From Bugula neritina (Eukaryota; Animalia; Bryozoa), in assembly GCA_964035545.1 (NCBI GenBank), contig OZ037773.1, positions 3,749,751 to 3,813,750 of the forward strand: a stretch of DNA of 64,000 nt, in the 5' to 3' direction. Below the pieces are notes generated by a model. That model had not been told where the DNA came from. It worked only from the letters and a program-made list of their open reading frames with translations, and did not search any database. The first letter of the stretch is position 1; every line of letters starts with the position of its first letter. Shown one piece after another: positions 13,701-24,100 of this stretch. The translations under genes were made by a program, and so were the position numbers.

Positions 13701-16647
13701 TGATGCCCTTTGTAAACGTCGTGAATTAGTGAAGCGGAAAGCATAAAAGCGATAATTGAGAAGGCGTAGGTTATATAATTATAACCGTATAAGTACGTTG
13801 TCTAATCGCCAAAGTAATAACTAAATAACGATGTTTACAAGGAGTTATTACTCCTATTCTAAAATTGGCCGATTAAGTTATCACAGTACAAAAATTTCAA
13901 CGAGTGGCTTTTACAATGCAATGCAACTCGGAGAAATTTCAACCCGGCCAAATTGAATTTTTGACCGAAAATCGTGAAGGTATAAACGCAACTTTAAGCT
14001 AACAGTTAAGTTCGTAGTAGAAGGACTTGTCTATTTGATTATAGTAGTGCTACTAGTAATAAGGCTTCTAGGCTTTGTAGTAACTGAAAAATTATTCCAG
14101 ATTCCCAATTTACATACTGTTAGGCTGGGACATTGTTGGGTTCACTATTAAATAAAACTTGAAATAACGGATTTATACAATTTGGAAGCACTTTTTTCAA
14201 CTTATACTGTTTTGACCAAGAAAACCGGTAGCAATTTGACTTTCATATCACGTGTTAAGGAACCATCTGAACATGTTTTATTTATTCACGATATTTATTT
14301 AGAGTGAATTAATTATTTTGCGTCAAAGTTACTTTTAGAAAATAAGTTAGCATGAAGGAGTACTTCACAAGATTCACTCATTTCACAGTCAGTTACAAGA
14401 AGTGATGTAATCAATAGTTGATATTTTGTCTGGTGAATTACAGGTGTGCAATGACAGTACAAGACATGACCCAGGCACTGGAGCTACCACTCAACCAAGT
14501 GGTGGAGCAACCACTGGTCCAGCTGGTGGAGCCAACACTGGTCCAGCTGGTGGATCCAACACTGGTCCAGCTGGTGGATCCAACATTGGCCCAGGATACA
14601 CCGTCAACCAAAACTCTGCAGCTAATGAGAGTTATAGGGATGAATCAATACGTCTTGCGTGTACAGAGATGGTTAGTTGTGACATAACTACTTAGTTATT
14701 AGTTGGATGCTCTTTTGTTTCATGGAATATTCTTTGTTGAAAAAAACTTCAAAAATTGGCTCCAAATTAAAGTTTGAGAAAAGAATTTAAAAGTGAAATA
14801 CTTCCAGTGGTTTCATCTCAGATAGATGCTTCCCAAACCCCACATAAAATACATATATTGTACCAAAATAAATAAATTGCCATGTGGGAAGCGTTTAAGT
14901 TGGAAACTTAGCCTTGCGCCTAACTGGGAAGCATCTATCTGCAATGGCACCCTTCTAGTAACTACTAATTATAGGTGAGTGGAGGTCGTAAACTGTTGCA
15001 CTTTGCTTTGTGTTTTTTTAGTCCCTTTCTTTCTTGTAGCATTTGTCCTATGTAATATATCAAGAAATTTATCTTTCTGCATTATTTTTATCATTCTATT
15101 TAAAATGCTTTTATAACGGATTGTTTTGTAGCCACTGAAGCCTGTTGGCAACCCACACCACCGTACCAGGATGCAGAATCATGATACTGCTGCTCCATCT
15201 TCTACTGTCACCAAGATAAAGGTAGCTTTTTGTTTTATTGTGCAGAAGAAGCCACAGGCAGTTGATTAACCTGGTGTTGCTAGGATCTACTTTTCTTTTG
15301 AACAAAATCTTTTTCATCTGGTGTGCCATTTAGAACAGTTAATTAAGTTGTTTAGACTGTTGAGTAAAGTGTCAGCTGTTTAGAATGCGGAATAAAGTGT
15401 CAGAGTGGGGACAACACCTACACACCACTCATATGCACTAGTATAAACACTGGCTATACTGCAATATGTCACATTATCATTTTTCCTCTGCAATGTTTTC
15501 TCTTTCTTCATATAATAGCGTCCAGCGCTTACTGATGGCTTACAGCATTGGAGAAAAACACAGACTAAAACAGCTAAACCTGTGGCTGACCCACCTTTCC
15601 GCTGTGCTCTTGAAAAAAGACAAAGTTCCAGCCCTGAGCAAAGTAGCAGTTCTCGTGGCTGTAAGGTAGAGTATATCTACTGTGCTTGTCATCTCTCTCA
15701 CAATATATACTTCATGTATACAGCAGTTGATGCTGGGACCTCTTTTATAGATGCTTGTCATAGTAATAGTTCTATAAAACTGGCTCATGGATACCAGTAC
15801 ATAGCTTTGGCTGTGTTGTCTTCGCGTTGCCTTGTGTTCAAGTAATTGTTACAGAGTGGTAGCTCTGTGTTACCAGCTGATTGTACAGAGCTGCTCTGTC
15901 AATGTTATGTCTGTCTGTCTGTATCAGGAAAGGAAGATGTCATGCACCGAACCCCCTAAACCTGTCCCTATTACTGTGGAGTTTGCCTTGTCTCCTAAAG
16001 CCACTGGCGGTGGTGATTTTCCGCCCACAGTTCTGGATGATATTAGCCCACCGACCTCTCCGGAGTTGTTTCCCCTATGTACTGCTCCTCATATACAGCT
16101 GATGCAGGTAACAATCAATATGTCCATATGCTATATACATATATACATGTCTGATGTTGGTCGGAGGTCAACAGGCTATGAAATAGATTGTTAGTAATTT
16201 TTCAACAGAATTTTTCCAGGTACTTCCTTTATAAGAAAGCAGTTTCATGAAGCAATCAGTTGAGCTTCTCTTTCTTTTACTAAAATTTAACCTGAGTGTA
16301 ATGGCAAAGTGATCACTTCCACAGCAAATTCAGTGAATTGTTCAAATATTACTCCATAATATAACGGCTTTGTTGTTATGTCATTGCTCTCTTCCGTTTT
16401 AGTAATTCCTGGTTCAAAATGGTTGCCAAGATGCTGCTGTTGCTAGGTTATGTGTGCTTTGGTTGCTAGGGTGCAGTTGCTAGGTTATGTATGTTTTAGT
16501 TGCTGGGGTGGTGCTGTTGCTAGGTTATGTATGCTTTGGTTGCTAGGTTGCTGCTGTTTCTAGCAAATATTATGTGATGCTTGTTTTCAGGGAGACAGAA
16601 GAATCGCGAAAAAGAGTCCAGCTAAAAGAAAATCCAAGAAAAAGTGA
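1..16647 (+). CDS. Multi-exon gene (about 20 exons, 5' end outside window): putative divergent Rel-homology/IPT-domain protein with long low-complexity N- and C-terminal arms
   Basis: GT-AG exons at approx <1-580, 886-930, 1258-1348, 3264(or 3307)-3338, 6481-6532, 6644-6795, 7957-8045, 8392-8524, 9000-9089, 9222-9435, 9580-9631, 10074-10205, 10336-10389, 10732-10806, 11290-11354, 11761-11862, 12092-12138, 12662-12745, 13040-13313, 14444-14671, 15131-15220, 15519-15665, 15928-16107, 16591-16647 (GDRRIAKKSPAKRKSKKK*). From 3307 onward the exons join in one open frame; the 1348->3264/3307 junction is unresolved. Confidence 0.75.
163..356 (+). repeat. Coding tandem repeat, 48 bp (16 aa) x4, alternating A/B units
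   Basis: ATGACCAACCAC recurs at 173, 221, 269 and 317; the peptide alternates MTNHLAT.. and MTNHFTP.. Confidence 0.9.
581..690 (+). repeat. Degenerate 20-bp tandem repeat, each unit starting with a 5' splice-site consensus
   Basis: GTAAGT/GTATGT/GTAAGT/GTAAGT/GTGAGT/GTGAGT at 581, 601, 621, 641, 661, 681; the first is the inferred true donor. Confidence 0.8.
1452..1860. repeat. Intronic (GTA)n microsatellite with GCA/GTG interruptions, about 400 bp
   Basis: Direct reading; it generates the poly-Val and poly-Leu ORFs. Confidence 0.97.
5170..6100. repeat. Degenerate AT-rich low-complexity tract (TTAG/TTAC/TAATAG-like short units)
   Basis: Recurrent short motifs with no clean period; intronic. 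Confidence 0.6.
6481..9435 (+). other. Exons encoding the Rel-homology-like DNA-binding plus IPT/dimerisation-like region
   Basis: Spliced translation: ERFKSREHGG..HDLF..KLGMC..EKIEERRRK..PFVRL..LYLPPIYDS|NVYVTPIVKGCQAEEESSTLVFHLKTSAKT|IEWVVL..DVYASLMTVNELRSEPATKLWF. Its motif order follows NF-kB (RFRYxCEG, HxL, LGI, PIYDSK, GCVTGGEEIYLLCDKVQK, VFVQL..SEPxxF). Similarity judged by eye only. Confidence 0.55.
7635..7835 (-). mobile_element. tRNA-derived SINE, family A copy 1
   Basis: Minus strand starts GGAGCAGCTGTGGTCTAGGAGTTAGAGCG (A-box-like), then GGTTTGAACCC (B-box-like). Its body AAGAGCATCCAGTCAT..CTCACAGG is shared with copies at 30817 and 60414. Confidence 0.8.
9722..9860. repeat. 21-bp intronic minisatellite (GGTTGTAATATAAGTAGCTAT-like) x~6
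   Basis: Direct reading. Confidence 0.85.
10904..10972 (+). mobile_element. tRNA-like head of a second degenerate SINE (or tRNA pseudogene)
   Basis: GGTGGTTTAGTGGTTATAAAGCTGGC (A-box-like) followed by GGGTTCAAATC (B-box-like) at tRNA spacing; no convincing acceptor stem. Confidence 0.5.
14500..14592 (+). repeat. Coding 24-bp repeat (TGPAGGxN) x3-4 in gene 1
   Basis: ACTGGTCCAGCTGGTGGA(G/T)CCAAC units inside exon 14444-14671. Confidence 0.85.
14819..14941. mobile_element. Small inverted-repeat element (possible MITE relic)
   Basis: Perfect 17-bp IR CAGATAGATGCTTCCCA...TGGGAAGCATCTATCTG; no TSD seen. Confidence 0.45.
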
Positions 16648-16704
16648 CTCATGGTGTTCGAAATGTCACTGTTGATGTATCATCAATTACTATCACTGCT
16701 GTCG

Positions 16705-17137
16705 CTGTCAGTGTATCTACATATACTACTACTGTCAGTGTATCTGCATATGCTACCACTACTGTCAGTGTATCTACATATACTACTACTACTGTCAGTG
16801 TATCTTCGTATGCTACCACTGTCAGTGTATCTACATATACTACTACTACTGTCAGTGTATCTACGTATGCTACCACTGTCAGTGTATCTACATATACTAC
16901 CACTACTGTCAGTGTATCTGCATATGCTACCACTACTGTCAGTGTATCTACATATACTACTACTACTGTCAGTGTATCTACGTATGCTACCACTGTCAGT
17001 GTATCTATGTATGCTACCACTGTCAGTGTATCTATGTATGCTACTACTGTCAGTGTATCTACATATACTACCACTACTGTCAGTGTATCTACATACACTA
17101 CTACTGTCAGTGTATCTGCATATACTACCACTGCTGT
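16705..17137. repeat. 24-30 bp minisatellite (ACTGTCAGTGTATCTACATATACTACT) just 3' of the gene 1 stop
   Basis: About 16 units with a variable number of ACT triplets; it generates three overlapping repetitive ORFs. Confidence 0.92.
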
Positions 17138-17324
17138 CGTTCTATGGTCTCCTGTCACACATGTTAACATTTCATTCTTGCTTATTCCATATCATATATA
17201 GCAAAGCATGCTTCCGCATTTTTCTAGTAAGATTTATATTTTCTTACATATTTTCTAGGTTGCATGTTATTATTTTTAACCTGCACCGACTTTAATGTTT
17301 TAATTTGCATATCATTCCAGCAAT

Positions 17325-18346
17325 AGACCATGTAAGATTGGTACATTTAGTACCTTGAACCAATTCTAGATACTCACCACTATAACTTATATAAACTTCT
17401 GCAAGTTCAAATGCAAAATGCATACTTCTAGGAAATAGCTGTGCAACTTTTATTACATGCATTATTTTATTTCATATCTTAAATTTATGAATCATGAGTT
17501 CATTTTTCAAAATGTTTAAATTAAGTGCTTAAAAATCCATTTAAAGAATGTATTCCTGAAAAAATACCCTGGAGCAGTTTGACCACAACCCCAGCTGTTC
17601 TGGCAAAACACATTTAATGACATTTTTATTGACATAGTGGTAAATAAGCTGGTTGTTTTTGGCAGTTGGGTATCCACACGCTGTTCTGCAATTTTATACA
17701 ATTCTGATTGGCTGGACTCTACATGACCAGCTAATGATTGTATCTGATTGGCCTAATAATGCATTTGCATTTGAAAATGTAGAGTTTTTTATAAGTTATA
17801 GCGGTGATATTTTAGAGTTGGTACACGCCCCTTTTTGGTTAGGTTTTATAGTCCGATCATGCTGTAGTCATCTACAACACTTCAGTGTATGGGAAAATTA
17901 TTAGTATTACGAAATCTGTTCTGACTTAGTTTGTAAGCAACTATGTAGGCAGTTATAACTTAGGGTGATTTCATCAAAAGGCCTTAGAACATCAAATCAA
18001 CCAGTACTGCTACTTAGTTGTATTGTAAAGTAGTAGTGAGAGCATAGCACACTAGCACAGTCACTGAGCTGCAATGACAGTGGCTACACCAAACTTATCA
18101 GTTCTATTATAATATCTCATGTAAGGCATGTAAAAACACTAGGCTAGTCTGTTAGTATGTAGAGCAGTAGCACAGTTACAGCAGTCACACCACTCTATCC
18201 TGTCTACCAAGCGCAGAGGTTGCAATAATGATAATCATTTCATGATTTAGTTTTAAATCAATGCATACTACTAAATACATTCTCATAGCCTGGTTACTTT
18301 GCGTGCTTCAGTTTACTTTAATGTAATTATTTGAGAAATTATTTTA
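17325..18346 (+). repeat. Left terminal inverted repeat (about 1.02 kb)
   Basis: Reverse complement of 26299-27668 once the MITE is removed, with only scattered substitutions; mirror ORFs at 17653+ and 26992- confirm the match. Confidence 0.95.
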
Positions 18347-18837
18347 CATGCTCATTACAAATGCATTAGCCTACGCTATAACCGTAAATTATTTGCTTGT
18401 GTACCCACTACTATTTTATTTTAAATTTGTAGAACAGCAGTTGGTATTATCACCATGGTACCATGTTGATAACGCTTTCTTGTATACGATTTACTTAGCT
18501 AAACAGCATGATTATTCTACAAATGTAATGACATCAGCCATGCATGGGACAATATAGTCTAGTTTCTTTTAACTGTGAAGTAATGTTTTATGCAATTTGC
18601 CATGTTTTTGTATAAGTGATATTCAAGTTGAACTTCTCAGCCTCAAGCCATTGCTGGATGAAATATATGTACTTAGCTCTGAAACTAATGCAATAACTTT
18701 ACTAATGAGTTTTCAATACATGTTTTAGTCAGTTGAGAAAAATACAAAGGCTCTCTCCTAATAATTTGAAATGTTGAATAAATGGTCATTAAACATTGGG
18801 CTTGAACATTTTTTCATATTGTGTGATGCAACATGAT

Positions 18838-21816
18838 CATCATCATCATCATCATTAGCTGTCCTTCGTGTCCGAAGATGACTTCCGGTGAATCATGGTC
18901 CTCCATTTACATCTGTCTTTGCTGAGAGATTGCCAGCTACCAATAGGGATCTTCAGGTCTTTTAGATTGCGTTTAACGGTATCTTTGAATCTCAGTCGCG
19001 GCCTGCCAACACCACGGGTGCCTTCTTTCAGTTGTGAATAGAGAATTTGTTTAGGTAATCTAGAGTTATCCATTCGATGCACATGACCAGCCCATCTCAG
19101 GTTTTTTTGAATGAGTAGTTCATACATGCTGGGTAGATTTGCCTGTGCTAGAGTCTCCTCATTCGAGATGAAATCCCACCACTTCACGTTCAAGATCTGG
19201 CGTAGATGTCTCATCATATAGGTGTTGAATTTGTGAGCGGCTATCCTGTATACAGGCCAGGCCTCCGCTCCATAGAGCAGAGAGGACAGGACAATGGCTC
19301 TGTACACTGTACACTTGGTCTTGAATGACAGATCCTTATTGTACCACACTTTGGTCTTTAGTCTGCCGAATGAGATTGAAGCATTGGACATCCTTGTATG
19401 AATCTCTTCATCCATCTTGTTGTTGCACATCACTGTAGACCCAAGATATTTAAACTTATTGACGTTGGCAAGGTCTTCATTATCTATGCAGATACTGTCA
19501 CCACTGTCATGGGCTCCAGGTGCCGGTTGGTAGAGCGTTTCCGTTTTCTTGATATTGATCTTCAGACCAAAAGCTTTGGAAGCTCTGGCGAATCTGTCGA
19601 CTAATTCCTGTGCATTGCCATGGCTGTGTGCAACGAAGGCAGTGTCGTCAGCAAACATGAGTTCTCTAACCAATACTTTCTGTGTTATTGTTGTTGACTT
19701 GTATTGGTTCACATTGAACAGATCAGCTCCAGGTCTACTTTGAATCCAGACGCCTTTATCACAGTTTTCAAATGCGTGCTGTAGAACGGCCGATAAGAAA
19801 ATAGAGAATAGCGTTGGAGCCAACACATATCCTTGTTTCACACCATTGTTGACCTGGAACGACTCATATAACTCCTCCTTCAGCTTGACTGAGGCCTTCA
19901 TGCCAGTATGGAGAGCGCTGATAAGATTGGTGAAGTGACTGGGAAAACCGAGTTTCTGTAAGATCTTCCACAGGGTCGCCCGATCAACAGTATCGAACGC
20001 TTTGGTGAAGTCAATGAAGACCATGTACAGGGGCATATTTTGCTCGATGCATTTTTCCTGTATCTGCTTCAGTGCAAATATCATGTCTGCTGTTCCCCTT
20101 CCACTACGGAATCCACACTGAGTTTCGGGTAGGAAGTTTTCTGCATATGATGTCAGTCTATTTAGAAGGACACGAGCAAAAATTTTACCGGGAATTGAGA
20201 GCAGGGAGATACCTCTGTAGTTACCGCACAGCTTCCGATCACCCTTTTTGAAGATGGTTATAAGTTGGGCATCTTTCCAATCTTTAGGGACTACAGCAGT
20301 TTTCCATGCCTCCTTTATTATCTCATGGAGAGTACTTATTAGTTTGGGCCCTCCCCTTTTGATAACCTCAGGGTGAATACCATCAGAGCCAGGTGATTTC
20401 CCTTCACTTAGCATCGAAGTTGCCTTGATGATCTCTTCAATATCTGGGCAATCGTCCATCCAGTCCTGAATGGGAGCTTGTCTCAGGTTCTCAATGATGT
20501 TGTCATCAATATCTGGAGTCTCGTTTAGTAGCTTGCTGAAATGCTCTGTCCATCTAGCTAGAAGATCTTGTTTTTCTGTCAGGAGTGTTGAGCTGTCACT
20601 GGCCAGGAGCTGGTCAGGATGACTCACTCTTGGACCCCAAACAGTTTTCGTGCTTTGGTAAAAGCCTTTCATGTCGTTAGTGTCAGCAAACCGTTGCAGT
20701 TCAGCAGCTTTTGCCAACCACCAGTCGTTCTTGAGCTCCCTGCATCTTCCTGTGAGTTTTCTGCCAGCCATTCTAAGCTTTGACTTGTTCGAGCGAGTAT
20801 TCCTGGTTAACATGTCTGCTCTGGCCTTGTTTCTCTTCTGGATGAGTTCTTGAAGCTCATCATTATTCTCGTCAAACCAGTCCTTATGCTTCCTGCTGAC
20901 AGTGCCGAGGTGCACTTTTGACTCTGCATAAACTATCTCTTTGAATGCTCTCCACTTATTCTCTACGCCCTCTGGAGCAGAGTTCAGTTTCCCAGCAAGG
21001 GACTTTTCCAGTTCTTGTCTTACTTCCTCATTCTTAAGTCGAGAAACGTCCAGCTTCTGGCAAGGTGTTCTCCCTTTCTTCATTTTTCTCCTCACTCTGA
21101 GCTTAGCTTTTGACCTGATCATGATGTGGTCAGTACTGCAATTCGCCCCTCTCATCGCCCTTGTGTCCAGAATGTCTGGTAGATCACGTTGTCGTGTGAT
21201 AACAAAGTCGATGAGATGCCAGTTCTTGCTTCTCGGGTGCATCCAAGAAAACTTGTGAGCTGGTTTATGCTTGAAGAAGGTGTTGGTAATGCACAGTTGA
21301 TGTTCACTACAGACTGAGATCAGAAGTTCACCATTGGAGTTCAGGTTTCCGCAGCCATACTTGCCTATCACACCGGGCCAGGTTGAGTGATCTTGTCCAA
21401 CCCTAGCATTGAAGTCCCCCATGAGTAAGATCTTATCGGCTGCTGGGACTGATCTTAGAGCCTGATTCAGTTGGTCATAGAATCTGTTGATGTTTTCTTG
21501 GCTGTTTGTCATCGTGGGAGCATAGACAGCTATCACAGTGCACCGTCGCTCATCAGACAGAGGAACCCTGAGTGACATCAGTCTGTCGCTTATAGCCTTT
21601 GGCTCTTCGATTAGTCTCGAAACAAGTTCGTTCCTGATAGCAAGAGCCACGCCTGACTCACTGCGCTCAGATGCAGTTTTGCCACTCCAATAAATGGTGT
21701 GGCCTGACTCTTCACGAATGTTACCGGTATCTTTGAATCTGATTTCACTCAGTGCTGCAATGTCGATGCCATACTTCTGTAGTTCAGATGAAATGATTGC
21801 ACTTCTTCTCTCAGGT
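18838..21816 (-). mobile_element. RTE-clade (BovB-like) LINE, 5'-truncated, nested in the DNA transposon
   Basis: (TGA)n tail directly after the stop codon; CATGAT direct repeat at 18832-18837 and 21817-21822 (TSD); single EN-RT ORF. Confidence 0.93.
18855..21815 (-). CDS. APE endonuclease-reverse transcriptase ORF of the RTE LINE (no start codon, N-terminus truncated)
   Basis: Motifs DIAALSE, VYAPT, GDFNARVG, HLIDFVI, STDH, NYRGISLLS, QCGFR, FIDFTKAFD, GVKQG, LMFADD, FKYLGS, RWAGHV. The frame stays open upstream of the listed ORF (PERRSAIISSELQKYGIDIAALSE..). Confidence 0.95.
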   Translation of the reverse strand, partial: PERRSAIISSELQKYGIDIAALSEIRFKDTGNIREESGHTIYWSGKTASERSESGVALAIRNELVSRLIEEPKAISDRLMSLRVPLSDERRCTVIAVYAPTMTNSQENINRFYDQLNQALRSVPAADKILLMGDFNARVGQDHSTWPGVIGKYGCGNLNSNGELLISVCSEHQLCITNTFFKHKPAHKFSWMHPRSKNWHLIDFVITRQRDLPDILDTRAMRGANCSTDHIMIRSKAKLRVRRKMKKGRTPCQKLDVSRLKNEEVRQELEKSLAGKLNSAPEGVENKWRAFKEIVYAESKVHLGTVSRKHKDWFDENNDELQELIQKRNKARADMLTRNTRSNKSKLRMAGRKLTGRCRELKNDWWLAKAAELQRFADTNDMKGFYQSTKTVWGPRVSHPDQLLASDSSTLLTEKQDLLARWTEHFSKLLNETPDIDDNIIENLRQAPIQDWMDDCPDIEEIIKATSMLSEGKSPGSDGIHPEVIKRGGPKLISTLHEIIKEAWKTAVVPKDWKDAQLITIFKKGDRKLCGNYRGISLLSIPGKIFARVLLNRLTSYAENFLPETQCGFRSGRGTADMIFALKQIQEKCIEQNMPLYMVFIDFTKAFDTVDRATLWKILQKLGFPSHFTNLISALHTGMKASVKLKEELYESFQVNNGVKQGYVLAPTLFSIFLSAVLQHAFENCDKGVWIQSRPGADLFNVNQYKSTTITQKVLVRELMFADDTAFVAHSHGNAQELVDRFARASKAFGLKINIKKTETLYQPAPGAHDSGDSICIDNEDLANVNKFKYLGSTVMCNNKMDEEIHTRMSNASISFGRLKTKVWYNKDLSFKTKCTVYRAIVLSSLLYGAEAWPVYRIAAHKFNTYMMRHLRQILNVKWWDFISNEETLAQANLPSMYELLIQKNLRWAGHVHRMDNSRLPKQILYSQLKEGTRGVGRPRLRFKDTVKRNLKDLKIPIGSWQSLSKDRCKWRTMIHRKSSSDTKDS

Positions 21817-22113
21817 CATGATAGCTACAGAAAAAATGCCGATACCACCAAAATGAAGGCATTATATTTCAACACTGACTGCATACAATATTGATACTAT
21901 ATAACAGAATATTATGTACACATGAGTTAGCATTTTGTAAAATGAGTATCACGTCTGAGCTGCCATTTACTTTCACCCAAAATCCTTTTCAACAATCATT
22001 GAGGCAAGCAGATATGACAAAGTATAATAATATCAGACTTTTATTTACAAAGCATAGTGGTATAGCACATGCGTATACAATAGCACATCAAGAAGAATAT
22101 TATTATAAAAGTG

Positions 22114-23356
22114 CTACACTTCATCGGTTACCAACGGTGGCTGCAGATTACAGAGAGCACAACAGACTACCATTATCTTATCTAAAAGAGGTGCCAACAG
22201 TAAGCTTACACCCCCAGGACTATTTGAAATATTAAATTCCTTTATCCGTTTTATTGCTCTTTCAACGTGGAATCTAAGGTTAGCAATCAACTTAGTTTGC
22301 AGTAACTGCGCTCTAGTCATTTGAGAATGGCCTCTCTTCTCAGGTGGCATGGCCAACTTGGCTCCAGCTCCTATTAGCTCTTCTTCAATAATAAAGCCTT
22401 TATCTGCCATGACCACATCACCTGGGTTTATGAGACCCAAAAAGCCAGAATCATTAACTATGCACTTGTCTGAGGCTCTACCTCCCATTCCAGGTAAAAG
22501 GAAGCATATAGTGCCTCTGGGTGTGATTGCAACAAGGTATTTGATTGTATTTGATTTTTTATATTCACTCCACGTCAAGGCTTGTGCCAACTTCGACTGT
22601 AGCTTGCATATAAATATTTCTGTGCAATCAATAATGCACCGAATGTTGGGATACTGACTTTGAAAATTGAGAGGAGTGTTCAATTTCTCTCTAGGGGGAA
22701 AAATAATGAGATTTTTTAATTCTGTTGCTAGAATGGTTAATGTATCTTTGAAGATTTTTCTTGCTAGCATTCTAGAAATATAAAAAAGGTCAGCAGGCAT
22801 TTGAAACTGCAGACCTTGACGCAGCTTCATCAAAGCCAACAAAAGCTCATCTTGTCTTGTTAACTTTTTTCTGAGAGTAAGACACCTCATCTTTGGGCAT
22901 ATAAATCTATATAAAAGAATAAAAAATAAATTAACAGCTGGAAATTATATCAGTGTATGTTCAACATTTATTTAGTTACTCAGTTTATATTCATTTAGCT
23001 TAATCTGTGTCTAATAATTATAAAAATGGAATAAAAACTGTTATAGCCTCAAATAATTGTGCTAACTATAATCATTCCTTTATAATATTTTATGTTTAAA
23101 ATATTTCATAAGTGTTGCTATTTATTTTAGACACACAGCAGTAACTTTAATGCCACAGTTGCCTGTTGAGCCTTGATGCATAAAATTTTCAATTTTTGAG
23201 ATGGGTAAACATATTTTTAACACCTTAAACTTACAATATTTATATTTAATGATGATTTAATTTAATATATTATATTTTACTTAATTTTGTTTATTTTTAG
23301 TGCAGTTAATTACTGTATGAAACTATATAGTAGGGTGAGACTTTTTTAAATAAAAA

Positions 23357-23408
<52 letters not shown>

Positions 23409-24100
23409 AATGTGTGTGTGTTTTTAATAGTACGGTAATAAACTTTAAACTTTTACCTCGCTAAAGAAAAATATAGAGATCGTGTAGGTATTCCAGTGTA
23501 AAACTTGGTTCTTTCATCTGTTGTGGTAAATGTTTTGAAAACTTTAATTTTCCTAATAGCTGCCTTTTGTTTATACTTGGAAAATCCTGAGCTTTTTCTT
23601 ATAACTTTTGGTCCAATATTTAAACGCCTAGGACTCTTTTTTGCATTAGCTAGCAAAGTTTCTTCTTGCTCAGTTACCTCTAATGAAGTTTGACTACAAG
23701 GCTGGCTGTAAGATGAATTCTGTTGCTTTACATTTGTTGAATATATTTTCTGTTCTTTTCTTTTTCCAGCTGTTTTGTCAAAACCACTGTTTTCTGTGCC
23801 TCTTGAACTATAAGTTTTGGTGCATTTGTATCCCAAGTGAAGGGTTGGGTTTAGATTTCGCTTAGTTGGCTGACCATCTTTAAAATGTAAGGAGCAAACT
23901 CTAGAATGCTGTTTTGGAGTCCATAAATTTCCTAATTCATCCTTCCGATTTATTAAAACACACCAGTCGTGACGCTGTTGCTCATTTTTTCGTGGAAACG
24001 TATAGAGAGTGAAAAGATTCAATTGTGCAGGGTTGCTCTTTCGAAACTTTTGAAGTTTATAATCTCCATTATGACAGTTTTTAACTGCGCAGATTCTCAT
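22114..24100 (-). CDS. Two-exon THAP-HTH-DDE (DDE_Tnp_4/Harbinger-like) transposase, about 478 aa
   Basis: Exon 1 24100-23457 (THAP: CAVKNC..FP..W..RVCSLHF..PTL). A phase-2 GT-AG intron follows. Exon 2 22906-22114 (LLLALMKLRQGL HTH; IIDCTE, MADKGF, HVERAI catalytic D-D-E). The spliced length is 1437 nt, in frame. Confidence 0.9.

Noticed and set aside
13430-14390. Possible non-autonomous DNA transposon in the intron (CpG-richer tract; similar impression at 4330-5030 and 53270-53700)
   Set aside because: No TIRs or TSDs could be defined by eye; needs a repeat-library search.
16644-17295. Three overlapping repetitive ORFs of 173-214 aa
   Set aside because: Products of the minisatellite downstream of the gene 1 stop codon.
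17516-17904. ORFs MFLAVGYPH.. duplicated at 26789-26992
   Set aside because: Mirror images arising from the TIRs; no recognisable protein features.
19398-21258. Short + strand ORFs inside the LINE
   Set aside because: Antisense shadows of the RT ORF.
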